Shown piece by piece: positions 1 through 10,800 of a DNA stretch of 64,000 nt (within the stretch, counting starts at the first letter, position 1; the number at the start of each line of letters is the position of its first letter). The stretch spans positions 30,194,001 to 30,258,000 of the forward strand of contig CATNEN010000038.1 of NCBI GenBank assembly GCA_950097015.1, in the 5' to 3' direction. The position numbers and the translations under genes were made by a program. Under the pieces are notes generated by a model. It was not told where the DNA came from, did no database searches, and saw only the letters and a program-made list of their open reading frames with translations. The stretch is from Macrostomum hystrix (Eukaryota > Animalia > Platyhelminthes).

Positions 1-1027
1 CTACAAAGTCAACAAATCTCACCATGTTGACAACCAAATCACAAAATCTCACCCCGAAGACTACAAAATCACTAAACTTCACCCTAAAGACTACAAAATC
101 ACCAAATCTCAACCTGAAGACTACAAAATCACCAAATCTCAACCTGAAGACTACAAAATCACCAAATCTCAACCTTAAGACTACAAAATCACCAAATCTC
201 ACCCCGAAGACTACAAAATCACTAAAACTCACCCTGAAGACTACATAATCACTAAACCTCACCCTGAAGACTACAAAATCACCAAATCTCAACCTGAAGA
301 CTACAAAATCACCAAATCTCAACCTGAAGACTATAAAGTCACCAAATCTCACCCTGAAGACTACAAAATCACCAAATCTCACCCTGAAGACTACAAAGTC
401 ACCAAATCTCACCCTGAAGACTACAAAATCACCAAATCTCACCCTGAAGACTACAAAATCACCAAATCTCACCCTGAAGACTACAAAGTCACCAAATCTC
501 ACCCTGAAGACTACAAAGTCACCAAATCTCACCCTGAAGACTACAAAATCACCAAATCTCACCCTGAAGACTACATAATCACCAAATCTCACCCTGAAGA
601 CTACATAATCACCAAATCTCAACCTGAAGACTATAAAGTCACCAAATCTCACCCTGAAGACTAAAAAATCACCAAATCTCACCCTGAAGACTACAAAGTC
701 ACCAAATCTCACCCTGAAGACTACATAATCACCAAATCTCACCCTGAAGACTACAAAGTCACCAAATCTCAACCTGAAGACTATAAAGTCACCAAATCTC
801 ACCCTGAAGACTACAAAATCACTAAACCTCACCCTGAAGACTACAAAATCACCAAATCTCACCCTGAAGACTACATAATCACCAAATCTCACCCTGAAGA
901 CTACATAATCACCAAATCTCAACCTGAAGACTACAAAGTCACCAAATCTCAACCTGAAGACTATAAAGTCACCAAATCTCACCCTGAAGACTACAAAATC
1001 ATCAAATCTCACCCTGAAGACTACATA
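1..1027. repeat. 30-bp minisatellite (ctacaaaatcaccaaatctcaccctgaaga)n, about 34 copies, truncated by the window edge
   Basis: Directly visible; starts at the splice donor of exon 1029-1266. Confidence 0.98.
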
Positions 1028-1028
1028 C

Positions 1029-1266
1029 CTCAGCAAACTCTTTAGTTCTTTGCACATCTTCAGGCTCAATAGAAAGCAGATCCAGCAGGTGCAGACGGTC
1101 ATTAAGCGATTCCAGTTCTCGCCTAACTCGATCCAATTTCGGTTCAAAATCAGCCGGTCGTTGAAACCTGTTATAGAGCTTGGCGACATAGTCGAAGCTG
1201 GCCCGAAGATTATCGCGAACGCCTTCTAGACGAAGGGCGGCGTCGCGGTTTCCTGTGGCCATGTGC
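1029..1266 (-). CDS. Dystrophin-like spectrin-repeat exon (phase 2 to 0)
   Basis: CTGCAG and GTATGT boundaries, 238 nt; its phase complements the previous exon. Confidence 0.85.
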
Positions 1267-4200
1267 CTGCAGAAATTGGGATGTTTAAAAAAGAATGTCA
1301 AATTTTCAAAGAGGCTTGTCTAATGTTAAATAATCACCTGAGATAACAAGGGATGCATCCTAAAATTGTGAGATTTTAGTAAAATAATTTCATAGAATGA
1401 TGCCTTGTGAACGCTGGTTCAATGATGAGATTTTGAGACCACGGGTTCAATGGTGAGATTTTGAGACCGCTGGTTAAATGGTGAGATTTTGAGACCACTG
1501 GTTCAATGGTGAGATTTTGAGACCGCTGGTTCAATGGTAAGATTTTGAGACCACTGGTTCAAGGGTGAGATTTTGAGACCACTGGTTCAATGGTGAGATT
1601 TTGAGACCACTGGTTCAATGGTGAGATTTTGAGACCGCTGGTTCAATGGTAAGATTTTGAGACCACTGGTTCAAGGGTGAGATTTTGAGACCACTGGTTC
1701 AATGGTGAGATTTTGAGACCACTGGTTCAATGGTGAGATTTTGAGACGACTGGTTCAATGGTGAGATTTTGAGACCACTGGTTCAATGGTGAGATTTTGA
1801 GACGACTGGTTCAATGGTGAGATTTTGAGACCACTGGTTAAATGGTGAGATTTTGAGACCACTGGTTCAATGGTGAGATTTTGAGACCACTGGTTCAATG
1901 GTGAGATTTTGAGACGACTGGTTCAATGGTGAGATTTTGAGACCGCTGGTTCAATGGTGAGATTTTGAGACCACTGGTTCAATGGTGAGATTTTGAGACG
2001 ACTGGTTCAATGGTGAGATTTTGAGACCACTGGTTCAATGGTAAGATTTTGAGTCCACTGGTTCAAGGGTCAGATTTTGAGACCACTGGTTCAATGGTGA
2101 GATTTTGAGACGACTGGTTCAATGGTGAGATTTTGAGACCACTGGTTCAATGGTGAGATTTTGAGACGACTGGTTCAATGGTGAGATTTTGAGACCACTG
2201 GTTAAATGGTGAGATTTTGAGACCACTGGTTCAATGGTGAGATTTTGAGACGACTGGTTCAATGGTGAGATTTTGAGACGACTGGTTCAATGGTGAGATT
2301 TTGAGACCACTGGTTCAATGGTAAGATTTTGAGTCCACTGGTTCAAGGGTCAGATTTTGAGACCACTGGTTCAATGGTGAGATTTTGAGACGACTGGTTC
2401 AATGGTGAGATTTTGAGACCACTGGTTCAATGGTGAGATTTTGAGACGACTGGTTCAATGGTGAGATTTTGAGACCGCTGGTTCAATGGTGAGATTTTGA
2501 GACCGCTGGTTCAAGGGTGAGATTTTGAGACCGCTGGTTCAATGGTGAGATTTTGAGACCACTTGTTTAGAAGGAGAGATTTCGAGACAATGGCCAATGG
2601 AAAAATTGAAAGATAAAAGCAGAATCTACTTACTTATCATAAGTCTCATCCAGTCGCTTGAGTGTCTCCCTGTGCTGCTGAATCTCAACTCTTAGAGTTT
2701 CAGCCTCAGCGGGACAATCCGCAGCCAGCAATTCGGCTTCCATTTTGTTAGTCATGAAATCTTCGGCTGCTGGCAGCCATTCTTGCATTGCCTGAGTGCG
2801 CCGTTCCAGATCCTGGATGCTGTCAAGATTCGAGCTCAAGACCTATGAGAGTTTTAAGATTTAATAGCTAAGCGGCTGTTGTCTCAGATGTCTCAGATGC
2901 ATGGACTGAATGAAATATCAGTCCAGCGACAAGAAATGATCTCAATCAATAGACTACTGCGTATTAATCTTACCAAAGAGACTAAATTCTCACAACCAAA
3001 GAATAAAGTCTCACCACCGTCTACCTGTGTCTAATTTCTTAGCACAAACTAAAGTCTCACCCTACGGACTTAAACCTCACCCTACGGACTGAAATCTCAC
3101 CCGACGGACTGAAATCTCACCCTACGGACTGAAATCTCACCCGACGGACTGAAATCTCACCCTACGGACTGAAATCTCACACAAAGGACTGAAATCTCAC
3201 ACAAAGGACTGAAATCTCACACTAGAGACAACTGAAATCTCAGCCTATGTAAAACATCTCATTGAGCTGACTTAATCCTCATTTAAAATCTGAAATCTCA
3301 CGCCACAGACTACCAACGCTACAAACCTCCATCTGATCGTCAACCCGCTGCTTGGCGGTAGTCAGCTCCCTAGTGTAATCCTGAAACGATTGCACAGCCT
3401 TCTTCGCTTCAAGCTCAACATCGTCCTGAGACAGCGGCTGCTCATCCGATGACGAAGAAGAAGCGACGGTGATTGAGACGGCAGTGGGGGCGGTCGCCGC
3501 AGTCGGAGATGTGTTAACAACTGCATCCTCGTTGATGCTGTTCAGCGATTCGGCGAGCGAGCGAAGCTGCTCTCGTCGCGAGCTGCTGGCCTCGTCTTCG
3601 TAGGACGTGTTGACAGCTTCGAGGCGTTCCAGGTCAGTGCAATAGTCCTCGGCGTCAAGGTGCTCGCGACCGATTGAACTGTCCACCTGAAATGTTGATG
3701 TATAACAGTATAATAGTAATATTAACACCATAATAATACATAAACCAGTTACAGTTACAATGACGGTCATATTATTCTTTGACATAATACATTCACACCC
3801 AGTTATGGTCGTAATGCCTGTCATATCAGTTATGGTCATACTGACAGTCATATCAGTTATGGTCATAGTGACAGTCATATCAGTTATGGTCATAGTGACA
3901 ATCATATCAATTATGGTCATAATGACAGTCATATCAGTTATGGTCATAGTGACAGTCATATCAGTTATGGTCATAGTGACAGTCATATCAGTTATGGTCA
4001 TAGTGACAGTCATATCAGTTATGGTCATACTGACAGTCATATCAGTTATGGTCATAGTGACAGTCATATCAGTTATGGTCATAGTGACAATCATATCAAT
4101 TATGGTCATAATGACAGTCATATCAGTTATGGTCATAGTGACAGTCATATCAGTTATGGTCATAGTGACAGTCATATCAGTTATGGTCATAGTGACAGTC

Positions 4201-4824
4201 ATATCAGTTATGGTCATACTGACAGTCATATCAGTTATGGTCATAGTGACAGTCATATCAGTTATGGTCATAGTGACAATCATATCAATTATGGTCATAA
4301 TGACAGTCATACCAGCTATGATCATAATGGTAGCCGTACCAGTATAGTCATAATGGCGGTCATACGAGTCATGGTCATATTGTAAGTCATACCAGATATC
4401 GTCATATCACAGTCACAATCGCAAAGACAAACCTGTCTATTGGCCTTTCTAATCCAGTCCTTCTCCAACTTGAGCAGGCTGTGAAAGCTATGCACAGCTG
4501 TCAGCACATCAGCTCGCCGCCGAGAGGCCAGCTGGCCAGCCTGATCAACAATGGCGTGAACGCGGGCTTTCAATTCGCTAGGCAACGCTAAACCGTGTTT
4601 AGCCAGATGAGCCACGCCGGCTTCAGATAATTCGGCTGCCAACTGACTGGCGCTGGACAAATCGCTGGTGCTGACTGATCGAGTCTTTGTTGCCGCCGCC
4701 GCAGCCGCCGCAGCCGACGAAGCAGCAGCTATTGCCGCGGCGCTAGAAGCTGCTGCTAGGCGAGACTCGCTGGAATCGCACCAGGCCTCCACTAAGCGCA
4801 GGGTGTCCCAGTTCTAGGCCGGGT

Positions 4825-4867
<43 letters not shown>

Positions 4868-7800
4868 TATTGATGTAGGAATACAATGGATTGCTAATCT
4901 ATCCCCATTGATGTAGGAATACAATGGATTGCTAATCTATCCCCATTGATGTAGGAATACAATGGATTGCTAATCTATCCCCATTGATGTAGGAATACAA
5001 TGGATTGCTAATCTATCCCCATTGATGTAGGAATACAATGGATTGCTAATCTATCCCCATTGATGTAGGAATACAATGGATTGCTAATCTATCCCCATTG
5101 ATGTAGGAATACAATGGATTGCTAATCTATCCCCATTGATGTAGGAATACAATGGATTGCTAATCTATCCCCATTGATGTAGGAATACAATGGATTGCTA
5201 ATCTATCCCCATTGATGTAGGAATACAATGGATTGCTAATCTATCCCCATTGATGTAGGAATACAATGGATTGCTAATCTATCCCCATTGATGTAGGAAT
5301 ACAATGGATTGCTAATTCATCCCTTTAAAAAAAGAAAATAATTTATTGATAACCCATTCCATTTAAAGGCCTAAAATTGGATTGCTAATTTATCTCATCG
5401 AATGGGGAAAATAATAGGACTAAATTAATCCGTAGCTTACCTCCAGCCTCGTGAGCAGCTCGGACCTGCGAGCAGTCAGCTTCTCCTGCACCGGAGTCAG
5501 TCCGTTAGCAACAGCTTCTGACCTGGCAACCAGAGCGGCCCTGTAGGCCTCTTCGCAGTAGGTGGCCAGTTCCCCAACCAGTTCCTTAGTGGCGCCAGCT
5601 TTCGGCGCCAAAGCTGACACGTCTGCGATGGCGCCGTCTAATTCAGCGATTTGCGATTTCAAATCTGAACGAGATTCGACTCGCACCAGGGCCAGGGTGT
5701 TGGCGAATTCGTTCATGTCCAGGGTCCAGTTTTCTAGTTCTTGCAGTTGCGACTGAAAATTTTACCGTTCGGAGAGATTAGCCAGGTGAGAATATCAGGG
5801 GTAGAATAGCCAGGTGAGAATATCAGGGGTAGAATAGCCAGGTGAGAATATCAGGGGTAGAATAGCCAGGTGAGAATATCAGGGGTAGAATAGCCAGGTG
5901 AGAATATCAGGGGTAGAATAGCCAGGTGAGAATATCAGGGGTAGAATAGCCAGGTGAGAATATCAGGGGTAGAATAGCCAGGTGAGAATATCAGGGGGAG
6001 AATAGCCAGGTGAGAATATCAGGGGTAGAATAGCCAGGTGAGAATATCAGGGGGAGAATAGCCAGGTGAGAATATCAGGGGTAGAATAGAATAGCCAGGT
6101 GAGAATATCAGGGGGAGAATAGCCAGGTGAGAATATCAGGGGTAGAATAGCCAGGTGAGAATATCAGGGGTAGAATAGCCAGGTGAGAATATCAGGGGTA
6201 GAATAGCCAGGTGAGAATATCAGGGGTAGAATAGCCAGGTGAGAATATCAGGGGGAGAATAGCCAGGTGAGAATAACAGGGGTAGAATAGCCAGGTGAGA
6301 ATATCAGGGGGAGAATAGCCAGGTGAGAATATCAGGGGTAGAATAGCCAGGTGAGAATATCAGGGGGAGAATAGCCAGGTGAGAATATCAGGGGTAGAAT
6401 AGCCAGGTGAGAATATCAGGGGGAGAATAGCCAGGTGAGAATATCAGGGGTAGAATAGCCAGGTGAGAATATCAGGGGGAGAATAGCCAGGTGAGAATAT
6501 CAGGGGGAGAATAGCCAGGTGAGAATATCAGGGGTAGAATAGCCAGGTGAGAATATCAGGGGTAGAATAGCCAGGTGAGAATATCAGGGGTAGAATAGCC
6601 AGGTGAGAATATCAGGGGTAGAATAGCCAGGTGAGAATATCAGGGGTAGAATAGCCAGGTGAGAATATCAGGGGGAGAATAGCCAGGTGAGAATATCAGG
6701 GGGAGAATAGCCAGGTGAGAATATCAGAGAAAATAATGACCAAAGACAGAATAGCCAAGAGAATAATATTTATTGAAGAATGGATAAGGGAAGAATCATT
6801 AGGGGAGAATGTCTAAGGGAAGAATCATTAGGGGAGAATGTCTAAGGGAAAAATCCTTTTTGAAGAATGTATAAGGGTCCAAGGGAGGAATCTTATGCGA
6901 AGGGTGTTCAGGAAAAGAATTTTAAGGGAGAGAGGTAGCATGTTACAGAGAATGGCCGACAGAGAAATAGCCAAGGGGGGAATTTCCAGTAATAGAATAA
7001 GGTTTTCCGAGAAACTCACGCAAATTTTTGCCCGCTTAGCAACTAAATCGCCAACAAATTTGGCGCGGCTCTCCGCTCGGCTAGCCAAATCCGACAGTCG
7101 CCTGATGAGTGCGCCAGCCGCTGTCTGCCTATCAGGCTGGCTGCCATCGTTGGCCAACGCTTCTAGCCTGGCCAGACTCTCGCCGCCTCGCCGTTGCAAT
7201 AAATCTACTAGATTAGCCAGATGTCGATGCCGTTCAATCAGGCCACCGTCAGCCGCTTTGTTATTCTTCTTATCTTTGACGCCGTCGTCCTCGACATCGT
7301 CGTCATCGTCGGAAGCGACGGCGATTGGCCGACGCAATAATAGCGCAACCTCATCGCACCAGGCCTCAGTTTCGCCTATTAGGCGCCAGAGTGGATCGCG
7401 CAGCTCTCTACTCGCTCGCTTGTGCAATTCGGCTAAGGCGTCGAATGCGGCTAGCCAATCAGAGCTGAACTCGGCGTAATCTCTCTCCACCAGCTGCTGG
7501 GTGCGAGACGCCTGCTCCACTGGGCCGCTGGGATTGGCTGGCGCAGAGCTCAGGCTGCACTGCAGCTCTGATAGTCTGGTGGCCAAGTCTCGATGCTGCG
7601 GATCCAGCTCCTGCAGTTAATATAAACTGGCGAATTAACAGACTATTGAGACTTTGTTGAATGAGCAAGTTAATGAGCAGTCATATGAGCACTTGAATTA
7701 TCAGTGATTAAGGAGATACATGAGCCAGTAAATAAAGAGTTAAAAGAGCCTGTAAATGAGTCGGTAAAGGATCAGGTAAATGGGCAGGTAAATGAGCAGG

Positions 7801-10800
7801 TAAATTAACAGGTAAATGAGCAGACCAATGAGTACTTAAACGTGCAGCTGAATAAAGAGCAGGTAAATGAGCAGACCAATGAGTATTTAAACGTGTAGTT
7901 GAATAAAGAGCAGGTAAATAAGCAGGTAAATTGGCAGGTAAATGAGCAGGTAAATGAGCAGGTAAATGAGCAGGAAAATGAGAAGGAAAATGAGCAGACC
8001 AATGAGTATTTAAACGTGCAGCAGAATAAAGAGGTAAATGAGCAGATAAATAAGCAGGTAAATTATCTGTGATTTAGTAGATGAATGAGCAGGTAAATGA
8101 GCAGATAAATAAGCAGGTAAATTATCAGTGATTTAGTTGATGAATGAGCAGGTAAATGAGCAGTTGAATGACTGGATAAATGTGAGACCACAGATGGCTG
8201 TCAGAAACAAACCTTCATCTCAGCCAGACGCTCAGCAGCCTCCTCAGCAAGCGGAGCCAGCTGTCCGCCAACCTGACCGGCTGAGGCCTGCAAAAACTCG
8301 CGCTGCCTATTCAGAGCCAGCCGGAGCTGCGTCAGGCACTCGTAGAAGCATCTGACACGGTCGGCCACGGCTGCTCGCCTCTGACAATCTTGCCAAAGTG
8401 TGCTCAGCTCCGACCAGCGCTGCTCAATCTCTTCTAGGAGTTCCTGGATTTCCAGGGCGCTCTCGGCCGGCACTCGATCCTGGGCGATGCAGGAATCGCC
8501 GAGTTGGCGAACTGCAATCAATCTCGGCTCCCAGGCGCGCAGTTCGTCGCGAATGTCGTCTAGCAGCAGGCGGTGCTGATCGGCGGACAGTTTCTCGGCT
8601 GCGTCACCGTTGCCAGCATCCTGTTGATTCAATTGGCTGCGCCGGCTGGCTTCAACTAGACTGCTGCGAGCGCTGTGGGTGATTGCGGCCAGTTCTAGCA
8701 TCGATTCGATGCGATCGAACCAGTCCAATAGGCTGCGCACCTGGGGATGGCGATGTTGTGAAGACAAGCTAGATATTTTTAGAATTTCACATTAGAACTA
8801 CACTACTGATCAAAGTAGAGAAGTAAGAGAAAGCGAGATATTTTTTACTCAGCCTGACTTTTTCGTACGACTTTATAGTGTCGGAGCCAATAATATCAGA
8901 CTGTATGTGAGAGACAAGCCGCAAACCTTGTAGTTCAAATCGTCCACAACGCTGTCAGCGCCCTCTTTCTCATCGGCAGCCGAGGCGGATTCGGCCGACG
9001 CCGAGATGGGCATTACCGGGCGAAGATCGCTGAAGTCGCCGGCTTTCCATTTCGATAGCTTCTCGCGCAATGCGGCGACGCATCTCTCGTTGTCATGACA
9101 GGCGGCTGACACCTCCTCGGCTGTGGTCTCAAGCTTGCGAACGCAACTGGCTAAAGACTTCGCCTTGGCCTCCTGGGTGTCCGACGAGAATACCTGCGAA
9201 ATTCAGAACGAATAGTCTACGTTTAGACAGAGATTCGACTGTCTAAAACCCAATTAGACAGATTCGACTGTCTAAAACCCAATTAGACAGATTCGACTGT
9301 CTAAAACCCAATTAGACAGAGATTCGACTGTCTAAAACCCAATTAGACAGAGATTCGACTGTCTAAAACCCAATTAGACAGAGATTCGACTGTCTAAAAC
9401 CCAAATAGACAGAGATTCGACTGTCTAAAACCCAATTAGACAGAGATTCGACTGTCTAAAACCCAATTAGACAGAGATTCGACTGTCTAAAACCCAATTA
9501 GACAGAGATTCGACTGTCTAAAACCCAATTAGACAGAGATTCGACTGTCTAAAACCCAAATAGACAGAGATTCGACTGTCTAAAACCCAATTAGACAGAG
9601 ATTCGACTGTCTAAAACCCAAATAGACAGAGATTCGACTGTCTAAAACCCAATTAGACAGATTCGACTGTCTAAAACCCAATTAGACAGAGATTCGACTG
9701 TCTAAAACCCAAATAGACAGATTCGACTGTCTAAAACCCAATTAGACATAGACGGAGAAATTGAAAGTGTTAAAAAGTCAATTAGACAAAGACTTTGAAA
9801 GTGTTAAAAAGTCAATTAGACAGAGAATTTGAAAGTGTTAAAAAGTAAATTAGAAAGAGAGATTCAACGTGTCGAAAAGTCAATTAGAGAGATTGTACAA
9901 AAACGTTGAGTCGAGAATTGGGTTACAGTGAGAACGCACCACATCTCTAAGAAGACTTTCGTCCTCTTCAAACTGTCTCCAAGCCAGCAGGGCGGATTGT
10001 AAATCAGAGAATCTCTCCGATATGTAGGCCATTGTGTCGGTCCATCTGGCGGCCAGGGCTTCAATGCAAGCCTCCGTGCCGCTCTCGCCGTTCGGGTCGG
10101 CGTCCAACACGAGGGCGTCCTGCGTTAAAGCGAGTTTTTTTTATAAATGTACTGTTACCTAAGAATTATAAAATATTCTTTTTAGGCATTTGATTATCCG
10201 AATTAAACAGGTGAGGTCTGGGGCTCGAATCTTAGCTCAAATGAAGCAAAGGACTGAAAATCTAAACTCATTGCTAGTGCCGATTTAACAGCTGAAGCAA
10301 CGCGGATTTAAGTGTCTTGCTTAAGGATTCAAATTGTTCTAACGGAGTCGAGAATCGAACCCCCGACCTTCAAGTTTGGAGTTGGACGCTCCAAATACTA
10401 GGCTTAAGTCCCAATTTAAGGAGCAAGACACTAAATACATTATTGTTACACGTTATCCTACTTAAATATACACAAATTTAGATAGCTGGGTCAATGCCCC
10501 TTTCCAGTCCACGGACTGAAAAGCTGTACGCAGCTTTTGTTAGCTTGCCGTACATCTGGTTTAAATCTTATCTGATTCCATCTGCAACAGTCTTGAATAT
10601 CTGATTCCCACCTGCACCGATGCCACAAGAGCCTCTTGCGCCTCGAGCGAGTCTTGAAACTCCCGGTGCGCCCGCAGCTGACGCTTGATGTCTTCAACAA
10701 ACGGTCCGACGCCCGATGAAGTCTCGTCTTCGATTCGATCCTCGGCCCAGTGCAGGAAGGCGCCGAGGCGGCGAATATCCCGCTCCTGTAGAGCCGCCAA

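Noticed and set aside
24-4347. Repetitive ORFs 24..248, the N-terminal part of 3279..4325 and 3760..4347 as proteins
   Set aside because: They are translations of intronic minisatellites bounded by good splice sites. The ATGA overlap at 4322-4325 also shows that such overlaps arise by chance.
9222-9750. CRISPR-like array of palindromic repeats of about 30 bp
   Set aside because: No unique spacers, no cas genes, and a eukaryotic intron context; it is a plain tandem repeat.
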